A stretch of 63,982 nucleotides of DNA, filler included, from Chiloscyllium plagiosum (taxonomy: Eukaryota), in the NCBI RefSeq assembly GCF_004010195.1. It is 4 parts of one record of this genome, joined end to end, with 100 filler letters (N's around TTAATTAATTAA, not from the genome) between each part and the next. Parts side by side here need not be neighbours in the genome. Positions count along the whole stretch, not along the records: positions 1 to 30,730 come from NC_057710.1; positions 30,831 to 55,672 come from NC_057710.1; 2 more parts are not named here. The stretch is one strand, 5' to 3'. Every line of letters begins with the position of its first letter. Positions within the stretch are counted from its first letter, which is position 1. Shown here piece after piece: positions 23,061 to 37,020 of the stretch. Made by a program: the position numbers and the translations under genes. The notes under the pieces are model-generated. The model was not told the DNA's origin. It did not search any database and saw only the letters and a program-made list of their open reading frames with translations.

Positions 23061-23734
23061 GCACTACTTAAGTATAGATGTACAGATTTCTGGTGATGAA
23101 GGCCTGGATTTTCATGGAATCGGGGAGACTCCATGGAGGGACGAAAATAGCAACCTAGATCTGATTCTGGGCTGCCTGACACCATCATGGGTTTCTGATT
23201 TTCATAGTGCTATTTAAGTGTGAGAGGTAGTTTAGATTGTGAGCCCACATCTTGCACTCCAACCTGACAAACTCCATTGAGGAGATAGGCACATGCAATT
23301 TTTATGGAGTTGGGCCAACTTTTGAAAGACTGACGGTTCATGGCCCCTCAGAGGTATTATGAACAGAAGGATTCGAATCAGAAAACCTTTAGAAAAGAAA
23401 GTTCCAAAGATCTAACCCTTTCCCTCTATGTCAAGCAAAGCCTCCTACTAATCTCCATGCCAATGTATGTCCTGCCACCCAAGCTTCAATGAGCATCTTG
23501 GCGGATAGCCGAGGCATCCAATAAGGGTGCTAAAACAGATCAGATGCAAGGAAACTTTGCTTGATTGACAGCTCTGGTTGTCGGATTTATTTTCTCTATA
23601 CTGTAATATCTACACTGTCAATCATAAAATGCTTATTTACACAAGGGTTGAATTGGGTTTTGGTGCCAGAAAAGTGATCGTCTTAATTATATACCATGCC
23701 ATGATTTACAGTAATTTCCATCCATTTCAGTTAT

Positions 23735-24990
23735 ACAGTAATAGAGCTTTACAGCACATAAACAGACCCTTCAGTCCAACTCGTCCATGCCGACCAGGTA
23801 TCCTAAACTAATCCAGTCCCATTTGCTAGCAGTTGGCCCATTTCTCTCTTAACTCCTCCTATTCATATACCCATCCAGATGCCTTTTAAATATTGTAATT
23901 ATACCAGCCGCCACCACTTCCTCTGTCAGCTCATTCCATACACGCACCACCCTCTGCATGGAAAAAAATGCCCCTCAGGTCTCTTTTAAATCTTTCCCCT
24001 TGTACCTGAAACCTATGCCCTTTAGTATTGGACTCGCCTACCCCAGGGGAAAAGACCTTGGCTATTCACCCTATCTATGCTCCTCATGATTCTATAAACC
24101 TCTATAGGGTCACCCCTCAGCCTCTAAGGTTCCAGGGAAAATAGCCCCATTTTATTCAGTCTCTCCTTATAGCTCAAACTCGCCAACCCTGGTAACATAC
24201 TTGTAAACCTTTTCTGAACCCTTTCCAGTTTCACAACATTCTTCCTATAGCAGGGAGACCAGAATTGAATGAAGTATTCCTAAAGTGGTCTAACCAATGT
24301 CCTGTATAGCTGCAACATGACCTCCTAACTGTAACCAATAAAGGAAGGCATACTTAACGCCTTCTTTGCTCTCCTTTTTCAAGGAACTATGAACCTGCAC
24401 TTCAAAGTTTCTTTGTTCAACAACAAAAAGAACAAAGAACAATACAGCATGGCAAAAGGGCCTTCGACCCTCCAAGCCTGCACTGACACATTTTGCCCTT
24501 GCATACTAAAACGGTCTTCACTTACACGATCCAGATTCCTCATTCCCCTTCTGTTCATGTATTCATCCATGTGCTTCTTGAATGCTGCTATTATGTCTGC
24601 CTTCACCACCTCCTCTGGCAGTGTGTTCCAGGCACTCACCACCCTTGCCTCGCACACCTGTTTTAAACTCCCCTCCTCCCCCTCCCCTGTACCTTGAACC
24701 TGTGTTTCCTAGTAATTGACCCCTTCAGCTTGGGAAAAAGTCTCATACTTTCCACTCTATCCATACCATTCATGATGTTATAAACTTCTAACAGGGTCAC
24801 CCATCTATCTTCTACGTTCCAGTGAAAAGAAAACCCAGTCTATCCGATCTTTCTTCATAGCTAAAATCTCCCATACCAGGCAACATCTTTGTAAGCCTTT
24901 TCTCTACTCTCTCCAAAGTATCCACATCCTTCTGTGAGTGTGGTCACCAGAACTGTATGTAATATTCTAAGTGTGGCCTAACTGAAGTTA
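23735..24990 (-). mobile_element. Two CR1 3' fragments (23735-24415 and 24420-24990; the second continues at 28352)
   Basis: WNTLPEEVVKADIIAAFKKHMD and two separate tails. Confidence 0.85.
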
Positions 24991-27900
24991 GAACATAGAA
25001 CATAGAACAATACAGCACAGAACAGGCCCTTCGGCCCACGATGTTGTGCCGAACATTTGTCCTAGCTTAAGCACCCATCCATGTACCTATCCAATTGCCA
25101 CTTAAAGTTCGCCAATGATTCTGACTATGCCACTCCCACAGGCAGCGCTTTCCATGCCCTCACCACTCTCTGGGTAAAGAACCTACCCCTGACATCTCCC
25201 CTATACCTTCCACCCTTAACCTTAAATTTGTGTCCCCTTGTAACACTCTGTTGTACCCGGGGAAAACGTTTCTGACTGTCTACTCTATCTATTCCTCTGA
25301 TCATCTTATAAACCTCTATCCTTCGCCGTTCCAATGAGAAAAGGCCTAGCACTCTCAACCTATCCTCGTACAACCTATTCTCCATTCCAGGCAACATCCT
25401 GGTAAATCTTCTCTGCACCCTCTCCAAAGCTCCCACATCTTTCCTAAAGTGAGGCGACCAGAACAGCACACAGTACTCCAAATGTGGCCTAAACAAAGTC
25501 CTGTACAGTTGCAACATCACTTCACAACTCTTGAATTCAATCCCTCTGCTAATGAACACTAATACACCATAGGCCTTCTTACAAGCTCTACCCACCTGAG
25601 TGGCAACTTTCAAAGACCTATGAACATAGACCCCAAGATCCCTCTGTTCCTCCACCTGACTAAGAACCCTACCATTAACCCTGTATTCCGCATTCTTATT
25701 TGTCTTTCCAAAATGGACAACCTCACACTTGGCAGGGTTGAACTCCATCTGCCACTCCTCAGCCCAGCTCTGCATCATATCTAAGTCCCTCTGCAGCCGA
25801 CAACAGCCCTCCTCACTGTCCACAACTACACCTATCTTCGTATCATCTGCAAATTTACTGACCCACCCTTCGACTCCCTCATCTAAGTCATTAATAAAAA
25901 TTACAAACAGCAGAGGACCCAGAACTGATCCCTGCAGAACTCCACTTGTAACTGGGCTCCAGGCTGAATATTTACCATCTACCACCACTCTCTGCCTTCG
26001 ACCGGTTAGCCAGTTTTCTATCCAATTGGCCAAATTTCCCTCTATCCCAGGCCTCCTGACTTTCCGCATAAGCCTACCATGGGGAACCTTATCAAATGCC
26101 TTACTAAAATCCATGTACACTACATCCACTGCTCTACCCTCATCCACATGCTTAGTCACCTCCTCAAAGAATTCAATAAGACTTGTAAGGCAAGACCTAC
26201 CCTTCACAAATCCGTGCTAGCTGTCCCTAATCAAGCAGTGTCTTTCCAGATACTCATAAATCCTATCCCTCAGTACCCTTTCCATTACTTTGCCTACCAC
26301 AGAAGTAAGACTAACAGGCCTGTAATTCCCGGGGTTATCCCTATTCCCTTTTTTGAACAGGGGCACAACATCGCCACTCTCCAGTCCCCTGGTACCACCC
26401 CCGTTGCCAGTGAAGACGAGAAGATCATTGCCAACGGTACTGCAATTTCCTCTCTTGCTTCCCACATAATCCTAGGATATATACAGTCAGGCCCGGGGGA
26501 CTTGTCTATCCTCAAGTTGTTCAAAATGTCCAACACATCTTCCTTCCTAACAGGTATCTCTTCTAGCTTACCAGTCCATTTCACACTCTCCTCTTCTACA
26601 ATACGGTCCCTCGTTCGTAAATACTGAAGAGAAGTACTTGTTCAAGACCTCTCCTATCTCTTCCGACTCAATACACAGTCTCCCACTACTGTCCTTGATC
26701 AGACCTACCCTCGTTCTCGTCATTCTCAGGTTTATCACATACGCATAAAATGCCTTGGGGTTATCCTTGACTGTTGCAGGTTTAGTACTGAGGGAGCACT
26801 GCATTGTCAGAGGGTCAGTAGTGTGGGAGTGCCGTATTGTTTTAGGATCAGTACTGAGGGTTTGCCACTCTGCCGGAGTGAGAGTACTGAGGGAATACCG
26901 CTGTGGGAGGTTAGGGAACTGAGGGAGCATCACTCTGTCAAAGGGTCATTTGAGAGGGAGCGCCACACTGTCAAAGTGCCGTACTGAAAGAATGCTGTTG
27001 CTATCAGTGGGTCAGTACTGAGAGTGCACACACTGTCAGAGGGTTAGGACTGAGGGAGTGCTGCACTGTAAGAGGGTCAGTACTGTGGGAGTGCTGCACT
27101 GTCGGAAGGTCAGCACCAAGGGAGTTCCACACAGAAGGTCTTGANNNNNNNNNNNNNNNNNNNNNNNNNNNNNNNNNNNNNNNNNNNNNNNNNNNNNNNN
27201 NNNNNNNNNNNNNNNNNNNNNNNNNNNNNNNNNNNNNNNNNNNNNNNNNNNNNNNNNNNNNNNNNNNNNNNNNNNNNNNNNNNNNNNNNNNNNNNNNNNN
27301 NNNNNNNNNNNNNNNNNNNNNNNNNNNNNNNNNNNNNNNNNNNNNNNNNNNNNNNNNNNNNNNNNNNNNNNNNNNNNNNNNNNNNNNNNNNNNNNNNNNN
27401 NNNNNNNNNNNNNNNNNNNNNNNNNNNNNNNNNNNNNNNNNNNNNNNNNNNNNNNNNNNNNNNNNNNNNNNNNNNNNNNNNNNNNNNNNNNNNNNNNNNN
27501 NNNNNNNNNNNNNNNNNNNNNNNNNNNNNNNNNNNNNNNNNNNNNNNNNNNNNNNNNNNNNNNNNNNNNNNNNNNNNNNNNNNNNNNNNNNNNNNNNNNN
27601 NNNNNNNNNNNNNNNNNNNNNNNNNNNNNNNNNNNNNNNTGACGACTCTGTCTGTCCTAGCTTTTAGCTTCCAGCCTAACTCCCTGGGCTCTTGAATGAC
27701 CTCCCCACCTCTCTTCCTACCTGTGTCGTTGGTGCCAACGTGCACCACGACTACTGGCTGCACACCCTCCCCCTTAAGGATTCTGAGGACACGGTCCGAG
27801 ACGTCTCGGAACCTGGCACCCGGGAGGCAATAAACCATCCTAGAGTCTCGCCCATGTCCACAGAATCGCCTGTCCGTCCCTCTAACTAGAGAGTCTCCTA

Positions 27901-28351
27901 TAACTAGTGCTCTCCTCCTCTCCCCCTTTCCCTTCTGAGTCTCAGAGCCAGACCTCACGCCACAGACCCGGTCACTGCAGCTTACCCCTGATAGGCTGTC
28001 CCCCCCACCGGTATACCTATTGTTTAGGGGAATGACTACAGGGGATTCCTGCACTGCCTGCTTCCTCCCCGTCCCACCTCTAACTGTTACCCAGCTACCT
28101 CTGTTCTCTGGCGTAACTATGTCCCTGTAGCTTCTATCTATCACCTTCTCAGCCTCTCGAATAATCCTCAGTTCATCCAACTCCAGTTCCAGTTCCCTAA
28201 CTCATTCTGTGAGGAGCAGAATCTGACTGCATTTCCTGCAGAGGAAGTCGGCAGGAGTATCGGTGGTCACCCCTACCTCAAACATCCGGCAGGAGGAACA
28301 TTCCACTGCCTGCGCTGCCATTACTCTACACCTCGTCTCCAAAGCAAGAAC
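24990..28351 (-). mobile_element. Young CR1 LINE with ORF1, near-intact RT and tail; the APE region is occupied by a minisatellite and a gap
   Basis: 360-aa RT ORF 25125..26207 (YMDFSKAFDKVPH, QGSVLGP, FADDTK); ORF1 27640-28321 (CSSC..CRKC, VIGDSLVRG, HVGTND); (TTCTATG)n tail; ACTGA(A)GTT on both flanks. Confidence 0.88.
26783..27140. repeat. Degenerate minisatellite, about 33-bp unit, about 11 copies
   Basis: Unit close to CAGTACTGAGGGAGTGCTGCACTGTCAGAGGGT, running into the gap. Confidence 0.9.
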
Positions 28352-30212
28352 ACTGAGTTCTATAAAGCTGCAGCATAAGTTGTCTATCCTTATACTCAAT
28401 GCCCCTTCCAATGAAGGCAAGCATGCCTTGGGCCTCTTTTTATTTCCTCATTTACCTGTGCTGCCACCTTCAGTGATCTGTGGACCTGCACACCCAGATC
28501 CCTCTGCATATCAATATACCTAAAGCTTCTGCTATTCACTGTATAATTTCCACATGTACTTGACCTTCCAAAATGCATCACCTCATACCTCCATCTGCCA
28601 ATTTTATGCCCTGCCTCCAACTGATCTATATCCTGCTGTATCGTCTGACAATCCTCCTCACTATCCACAACACCATTAATCTTTGTATCGTCTGCAAACT
28701 TACTAATTAGACCAGCTACTTTTTCCTCCACTTATATAGACCATGAACAGCAGAGGTCCCAGCAGTGATCCCTGTGGAACACTACTAATCACAACACTCC
28801 CTCTTTCTCCTATGACTAAGCCAGTTCTGTATTATCTTGCCAGCTCCCTGATCCATGTGGCTTCACCTTTTGTACCTGTCTGCCACGAGGGACCATAACC
28901 TTCTCAAAGGCTTTACTGAAGTTCATGTACACAACACCAACTTGTTTTCCCTCATCAACCATCTTCATCAAAAAACCTCAACAAACTTGATCAAGTTAGT
29001 GAGGCATGTCCTCTCGCAATAAACCATGAATAAGTCAATTTGCTTCTAAATGCAGAGAGATCTTGACCAAGAATCTTTTCCAATAATTTCTCTACCACTG
29101 ATATGAGGCTCACAGGCCTGTAATTTACCCTTCTTAAATAATGGGACAACATTGGCTATTCTCCAGCACTCTGGGACCTCATCTGTGGCCAAAAAGGATA
29201 CAAAGATGACTGTCAATGCTCCAACAATTTGTTCTCTTGCATCCCTAATTATTCTAGGATAGATCCGATCAGGATCTGGGGACTTACATAATTTAATACT
29301 TTTTAAGATGCACAACACTTCTTCCTTTTTAATAGCAACTTGACTTAGAAATTCGACACTCCCTTCATTGAAATCAGCCTCACCAATTCCTTCTTTGTTG
29401 AATCCAATTCCTTCTCTTTGTTGAATACCAACACAAAGTAATCATTTAGGACATCACCCACCTCTTCTGACTCTACACATAGTTTCCCTCCTTTGTCCTT
29501 GAGTGGGCCAACCCTTTCCCTGGCTACCCTCTTGCTTTTTATATATGTATAAAAAGTCTTGGGATTCTCCTTAATCCTGTTTACTAATGACGTTTAGCCC
29601 TTTTAATTCCTTGTTTGAATTCTTTCCTATTTCAAGGACTTCATCAGTTCCCATTCTCCTAGACCTTAAAATGCTTCCCTTTTCTTTTTGGCCAAGGTCA
29701 AAATATCACTGTTCATCCAAGATTTACGTAACTTGTTGTACCTATCCTTCATTCTCGCACAAACATGCTGTTCCTTTACTCTTATCAAGTATCTTTTGAA
29801 ATACTCTTTCATATCTAATGTGGAATTACTTTCAAAAAGCCACTTCCAATCAACATTCTCCAGTTCCTGAGGAGAACGTGAGGTTTGCAGATGCTGGAGA
29901 TCAGAGCTGAAAATGTGTTGCTGGAAAAGCGCAGCAGGTAAGGCAGCATCCAGGAACAGGAGAATCGACGTTTCGGGCATAAGCCCTTCTTCAGGAATCT
30001 CCATTCTCCAGTTCCTGCCTATTATTATTGTAGTTAGCCTCCTCCGAATTTAACACCTTCACTCAAGGATTGCAGTTATCCCTATCCATAAGTATCTGAA
30101 AACCAACAGTATTATGGTCACTACTCCTGAAATGCTCCCCCATTCACCAGGCCAGGCTCATTTCACAAAACCATGTTCAGTATAACCCCTTCTCTGCATG
30201 GACTGTTTACAT
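28352..30212 (-). mobile_element. Decayed CR1 ORF2 (host of the younger CR1)
   Basis: SKFADDTKING, KSPDPDRIYPRI and WRIANVVPLFKKG. Confidence 0.85.
29870..30001 (-). mobile_element. Solo Penelope-like family B terminus with intact hammerhead core (29963-29998) and 16-bp duplication
   Basis: Nearly identical to 4321-4448. CATTCTCCAGTTCCTG occurs at 29854-29869 and 30002-30017. Confidence 0.8.
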
Positions 30213-30215
30213 GCT

Positions 30216-30730
30216 GTTCATCAGGAATAAAGGCAGAGAGCCTGAAGCGTGGAGAGATAAGCTAGAGGATGGTGGGGGTGGGGAGAGAGTAGCATAGAGT
30301 ACAATAGGTCAGTGGGGGAGGAGATGAAGGTGATAGGTCAGGGAGGAGAGGGTGGAGTGGATAGGTGGAAAAGGAGCTGGGCAGGTCGGACAAGTCCGGA
30401 CAAGACAAGGGGACAATGTTGAGCTGGAGGTTTGAAACTAGGATGAGGTGGGGGAAGGGGAAATGAGGAAGCTGTTGAAGTCCACATTGATGCCCTGGGG
30501 TTGAAGTGTTCCGAGGCGGAAGATGAGGCGTTCTTCCTCCAGGCGATCCCCTGACCTGTCCGGACTTGTCCAACCTGCCCAGCTCCTTTTCCACCTATCC
30601 ACTCCACCCTCTCCTCCCTGACCTATCACCTTCATCTCCTCCCCCACTGACCTATTGTACTCTATGCCACTCTCTCCCCACCCCCACCCTCCTCTAGCTT
30701 ATCTCTCCACGCTACAGGCTCTCTGCCTTT
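30216..30730. mobile_element. Penelope-like fragment, inverted arrangement, GIY-YIG C-terminus
   Basis: RLEEERLIFRLGTLQPQGINVDF on minus; 30226-30400 is mirrored at 30555-30730. Confidence 0.8.
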
Positions 30731-30830
30731 NNNNNNNNNNNNNNNNNNNNNNNNNNNNNNNNNNNNNNNNNNNNTTAATTAATTAANNNNNNNNNNNNNN
30801 NNNNNNNNNNNNNNNNNNNNNNNNNNNNNN
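30731..30830. other. Artificial 100-nt scaffolding spacer (44 N + TTAATTAATTAA + 44 N); also at 55673-55772 and 62848-62947
   Basis: Identical layout three times. The 12-mer gives stops in all six frames. Confidence 0.95.
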
Positions 30831-31370
30831 GTACTGTGTGCAGTTCTGTTCTCCAAATTTGAGGAAAGACATTCTGGCTATTGAGGGAGTGCAGCATAGG
30901 TTCACGAGGTCAGTTCCTGGAATGGCGGGATTACCTTACACTGAAAGACTGGAGCGACTGGGCTTGTATACCCTTGAATTTAGAAGACTGAGAGGGGAAA
31001 TGATTGAGACATATAAGATTATTCTGGAGGCAGGAAACATGTTTCCGCTGATGGGTAAGTGCCGAACCAGAGGACACAGCTTAAAAATACGGGTAGATCA
31101 TTGAGGGCAGAGATGAGGAGAAACATTTTCACCCAGACAGTGGTGGCTGTGTGGAATGCTCGGCCCCAGAGGGCAGTGGAGGCCCAGTCTCTGGAATCAT
31201 TTAAGAAAGAGTTGGATAGAGCTCTCAAGGATTGTGGAATCAAGGGTTATGGAGATAAGACAGGAACAGGATACTGATTAAGGATGATCAGCCATGATCA
31301 TATTGAATGGTGGTGCAGGCTCGCAGGGCAGAATGGCCTACTCCTGCACCTATTGTCTATTATCTATTGA
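30831..31370 (+). mobile_element. CR1 3' end
   Basis: YCVQFCSP..ERLERLGLYTLEFRRLRG and tail. Confidence 0.85.
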
Positions 31371-34125
31371 CATCTGTCTTATATCTATCACCCCTTAATT
31401 TAAAGCTATATCCCCTCGTGCTAATCATCATCATCTGAGGAAAAAGCCTTTCACTGTCCACCCTATCTAATTCACTGATCATCTTATGCTGGCCTTCTCT
31501 CTAACAAAAACAGTCTCAAGTCCCTCAAACTTTCCTCAAAAGACCTTCCCTCCACACCAGGCAACATCCTGGTAAATCTCTTCTGCACCCTTTCCATCTG
31601 AGAATGCACCCTTTCCATCCTAACATCCTTCCTGTAATGTGGCCACCAAAACTGTATGCAATACTCTAAGTGCGGCCACACCAGAGTTTTGCACAGCTGC
31701 AACATGACCTCATGGCTCTGAACCTCAATCCCTCTATCAATAAAGGTTAACACAATGTATGCCTTCTTAACAACCCTATCAACCTGAGTGGCAACTTTCA
31801 GGGATCTATGCACATGGACACCGAGATCTCTTTGCTCATTCACACGACCAAGAATCTTACCATTAGTCCAGTACTCTGTATTCCTGTTACTCCTTCCAAA
31901 GTGAATCACCTCACACTTTTCTGCGTTAAACTCCATTTGCTACCTCTCAGTCCAGCTCTACAGCTTATCTATGTCCCTCTGAAACCTGCAACATCCTTCT
32001 GTCCACACTGTAATGTAATCTAATCTAAACTGTCTACAACTCCAACTACCTTAGTGTCATCTGCAAATGTACTGACTCATCCTTTTACGCCCTGGACCCA
32101 AAACAGACCCTTGTGGTACACCACTAGTAACTGAACTCCAGGATGAAATTTCCCATCAACTATCACCCTTTGTCTTCTTTCAGCTAGCCGATTTCTGATC
32201 TCAACCTCTAAATCACCCTCAATCCCATGCCTCCATATGATTTTGCAATGCCCTACCGTGGGGAACTTTATCAAACACTTTACTGAAATCCATACACACC
32301 ACACCAACCACTTTACCCTCATCCACCTGTTTGGTCACTGTCTCAAAGAACTCAATATGGTTTGTGAGGCATGACCTACCCTTCACAAAACCATGTTGAC
32401 TATCCTTAATCAAATTATTCCTTTCTAGATGATTATTATAAATCCCATCTCTTATAATCCTTTCTAACACTTTACCCGCAACTGAAATAAGGCTCACTGG
32501 TCTATAATTACCAGGGTTGTCTCTACTCCTTTTCTTGAACCAGGAGACAACATTTGCTATCCTCCAGTCTTCTGGCACTATTCCTGTAGACAATGACGAC
32601 ATAAAAATCAAAGCCAAAGGCTCTGCAATCTCCTCCCTAGCATCCCAAAGAATCCTCGGATAAATCCCATCCGACCCAGGGGATGTATCTATTTCCACAC
32701 TTTCCAGAATTGCTAACACCTCCTCCTTATGAACCTCAATCCTATCCAGTCTAATAGCCTCCATCTCAGTATTCTTCTTGACAACATTGTCTTTTTCTAG
32801 CGTGAACACTGATGAAAAATATTCATTTACTGCATCTCCTATCTTCTCGGACTCCACGCACAACTTCCCCATACTGTCCTTGACTGGCTCTAATTTTATT
32901 CTAGTCATTCTTTTATTCCAAAATACCTATGGAAAGCTTTACGGTTTTCCTTGATCCTACCTGCCAAAGATTCTCATGCCCCCTCCTGGCTCTTCTTAAC
33001 TCTCTCCTGGCTAACTTGTAACTCTCAAGCGCCTAACTGAGCCTTCATGTCTCATCTTTACAAAAGCCTCCTTCTTCCCCTTCACAAGAGATTCAACTTC
33101 TTTAGTAAACTACAGTTCCCTCGCTCGACCACTTCCTCCCTGCCTGACAGGTACATACTTATCAAGAGCACACAGTCGCTGTTCCTTGAACAAGCTCCAC
33201 ATTTTAATTGTACCCATCCCCCGCAGTGCATCCTAAAACTCACCTAATTGCATCATAATTGCCTTTCCCCGAGCTATAAATCTTACCCTGCAGTATATAT
33301 CTATCCCTTTCCGTTGCTAAAGTAAACATAAGCGAACTGTGGTCACTCTCACCAAAGTGATCACCTACCTCCAAATCTAACATCTGGCTGGGTTAATTAT
33401 CCAGTATCAAATCCAATGTGGCCTTGCCTCTTCTTGGCCTATCTACATACTGTGTCAGGAAACCCTCCTGCACACATCAGACAAAAACTAACCTATCTAA
33501 AATACTCTAACTATAGCGTTTCCAGTCAAATATTGAAAAGTTAAAGTTCCCATAACAACTACCCTGTTACTCTTGCTCCTATCCAGAATCATCTTTGCAA
33601 AGCTTTCCTCTACATCTCTGGAACTATTCGGAGGCCAATAGAAAACTCCCAACAGGGTGATCTCTTCTTTCCTGTTTCTAACCTCAGCCCATACTGCCTC
33701 AGTAGATGAGTCCTCATCAAACGTCCTTTCTGCCATTGTACTACTATCTTTGACTGACAATGCCACACTTCTTTTATCACCTTGCCTGTTCTTGCTGAAA
33801 CATCTAAACCCCAGAACGTGCAATAACCATTCCTGTCCCTCCTCTATCCATGCCTCCAAAATGGCCACAATATCAACCCATGCTGTAAGTTCAGCCACCT
33901 TATTCGAGATGCTCCTGGCATTGAAGTAGATATACTTCAAACTTCTTGCCTGCTGGTATACTCTTACGACCTTGAAACCTTATTTATGACCTCACTACTC
34001 TCAACCTCTTGTACACTGGAGCTACAATTCAGATTCCCATCCCCCGCTGAATTAGGTTAAACCCTCTCGAAGAACATTAGCAAATTGCCCCTCCCCCAGG
34101 ATATTGGAACCCCTCTGGTTCAGGT
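31370..34125 (-). mobile_element. CR1 ORF2 (APE and RT), frameshifted
   Basis: YFNARSISNK, GVFYWPP, PGNYRPVSL, DFSKVFDKVPH, LVWPHLEYC. Confidence 0.9.
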
Positions 34126-35445
34126 AAGCTTAAAGAAAGATAATTACAAAGGAAGGACGGCAGAGTTGGCCGGAGTGGACTGGGGAGGGAGTTTAGCAGC
34201 AAAGATTGTTGAGGAACAGTGGCAGATATTAAGAAAATAGTTCTTGCCTTACAGCAAAGATAAGAGCTTGGAGGAGCAGAATCATGTCTGCTCTGCCATT
34301 CAATCATGGCTGTTATGTTTCTCAACACCATTCTCCTGCCTTCTCCCCCTAACCCTTGATCCCATTACTAACCAAGGATCTATCTGGCTTTGTGTTAAGG
34401 ACACTCAAAGGCATATTCCAGTGAGAAAGAAAGTTTCTAGGAAGGGACTAAGCCAACCACGGTTAACCAGGGAAGTTAAGGATAGCATCAGATTAAAAGA
34501 AAGAAACATACTATGTGGCAAAAAATAGGGTTAAGCCAGAGGTTTTGGAAAACATTTAAAAACCAACAAACAAAAATTGAAAAGGGAAGAGGGAAAAAAA
34601 TAAACCTGTAATAATATCAAGTAAACCTGTTAGTAATATCAAGATGGATTGCAAGCACTTCTTCAAATACGTAAAAGTGGAAGACAGAAACCAAAGTAAA
34701 CATTGCCCCCTTAGAGAATGAGGCTGGGAAAATATTTATAGGGAACCAGGAATTGCAAAAGAGTTTAATAAATACTTAGCATCTTCACAGTAGAAGACAC
34801 CAATAGTATTCCAAAATTCCTACAGTTCCAAGGGGCAAAACAAGGAGTGGAAATATCACTGCAGAAAAAAAGTGCCAAGGAAAATGAATCTCAAGACCAA
34901 AATGTCTCTAGGATCTAATGGGATGCATCTTCTGGGGCAATTAGGGATAACCAATGTTGCCCATCTGCCATGAATTAATTTAAATCTAAGAAGATTCACT
35001 AGACTAACACGAGGTATGGAGGAGAGGTTGAGTAAATTGGGACTCAATCTCTACATTGGAATATAGAAGAATGATTGGCAACTTTATTGAAACCTACCGA
35101 TTCCTAGAGGACTTGACAGTGTAGATGTAGAAATATGGTGGAAGAATCTAGAACCAAAAGACATAATCTTAATAAGGGGTTGCGTATTTAAGACAAATGA
35201 GAAGGATTATCATCTCTCAGAGAGTTGTGAATCTGTGAAATTCTTTGCCATGGAGGGCTGATAATGCTGGATCATTAGGTTTATTCGAGGCTATAATAAA
35301 TTTATAATCAGCAAGGGAAATGAGGAATTTATGGGGAAAAAGCAGGAAAGTTAAATTAAATCACCAGCCATAATCTCATTGAATGGCAAGGCAGTTTCGA
35401 TGGGCAGAAAAGTCTACTTCTATTCCGTTCCTCTGTCTTATGGTC
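34125..35445 (+). mobile_element. Heavily deleted CR1 ORF2 with 3' tail
   Basis: PRLTREVKDSIRLKE, FFKYVK and RVVNL remnants with a CR1 tail. Confidence 0.7.
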
Positions 35446-35819
35446 TTAATAATTACATGAAGCAGGTTTGAGGAATCTAAAGAAAGTATTAGAAAACAGG
35501 CTTATTTGGGGAAATTTTTATCTAAGAAGTACCTGTAAATCTAAATGACTTTTGTTTTTGAATATTTGTAACAAAGAGCAAACAAAGAATTTGAAGGCAG
35601 TAAACATTGCAAAATATGGAAGACTGGCTCAATAATACAGATAAACCGTTGCTGTGACTTGAACCCTGAAACTACAAAAACTTATAAATACTGCAAGTTT
35701 GCGCACCATTTTGAAAGTACTTTGCTGCAATTTTATTTATTTTTCTTCAAAAATACAGGAAAAAAGGTTGCTTTTAAATTTATATACATCTGCTTTCTAA
35801 TCTTGTGACTGCCTTAACA

Positions 35820-36445
35820 AAAACTGGAATTGCTGGCAACTCTGGCAATACCTGTGGTAGAGTTAATGTTTTGAGTCTGGTGACTTTTCATTAGAATTGA
35901 TAACAGCTAGGAAAATCTGATATTTTTACTAAAATGAGGTTTTGGAGGTAAGGGAGATGGGAGAAGGGAGAGGTTAGATGCAGATAGAGGTGGAGCCCAG
36001 AGAGAGAAAGTTATGAAAGGGGTAGGTAAACAATGGTTGGCAGGCCAGGACAGAAGAGAAGCTGAATAAGTGATAATGAGAGCTAAGGGCAGCAGAGAAT
36101 GCATAGTCTGTGTTGAAAGCAACCCATTTAATGTGATAATAGGCCTGAGAGTTGGAGAAAATGGGTTCGCAGTGCTAAAATCAACCCATGTCATAACTGG
36201 ACTGGGTGTGGTTTGGGTTAAAAAAAAGAAAGATGGAATCAGGCTCTAAAATTATTAAACTGTTGAGCCCCAGAGGCTGCAAGGTCCCCAAGCAGAAAAT
36301 GAGATGTTGTTCTTCAAGTTTGTACTGAGGCTCGCTGGAACACTGCAGCAGGCCTGAGACAGGAATGTTGGCATGGGAACACAGTGGTGTGTTGAAATGG
36401 CAGGCAACTGGAAGTTCAGGGTCATTTTTCTCTGCAGTTCTTTGT
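35820..36445 (-). mobile_element. Decayed Penelope-like 3' fragment
   Basis: PVACHFNTPLCSH..GLLQC..KLEEQHLIFCLGTLQPLGLN (GIY-YIG C-terminus) followed by the terminus. Confidence 0.75.
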
Positions 36446-37020
36446 TTGATTTGCTGGTAACTGCTTTGACTGATGTTTGCACTACATTTCATCAAATTCT
36501 ACCCACAGGATCGCTGTATTTTTTTATTATTCATTTATGGGACGTGGGTGTTGCTGGCTGGCCAGCATTTATGCAATCATAATCACTGCCACAATGAAAC
36601 TTCATTCCAGCAGCAACTTACACGACTACACTTGTGATTGTGGTCGTTTAATGAGAAAGAAAGAACTTTGATTTTTTAACTCTCTGAAATATCTTCACTC
36701 ATCCTTCATGATTATCGCAGTTAAGTTTCACAAAATTGAACTAACTACCTATCGTTAAAGTTTAAAACACATGTAAGTCTGGCAATGAACATAATTTTCT
36801 GCTGCTTTGAATTTCTCTATATGTGTAGGTTTCCAGTCACTCTGGCATGTATGAAATATTTAGCCAATTTGTTTCTGTCACACAATCGTATCTTGGTAAA
36901 TCCAAATAATTCAGAAATAAAACCAAAAATTTCTGGGGAAACACAGCGGCATATTCGGCAACATATGTGGAGAGAAAGCAGAGTCAACGTTTTGGGTCCA
37001 GAGAAGGGCCTGAAGAAGGG

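Noticed and set aside
25729..26627. Antisense ORFs over CR1 RT
   Set aside because: Recurring by-product of CR1 codon structure, also seen in other copies such as 44324..44719.
26783..27140. CRISPR-like array
   Set aside because: Head-to-tail degenerate units without unique spacers, in eukaryotic DNA with no cas genes.
30775..30786. TTAATTAATTAA as a biological motif
   Set aside because: Always centred between 44-N runs, so it is a scaffolding linker.
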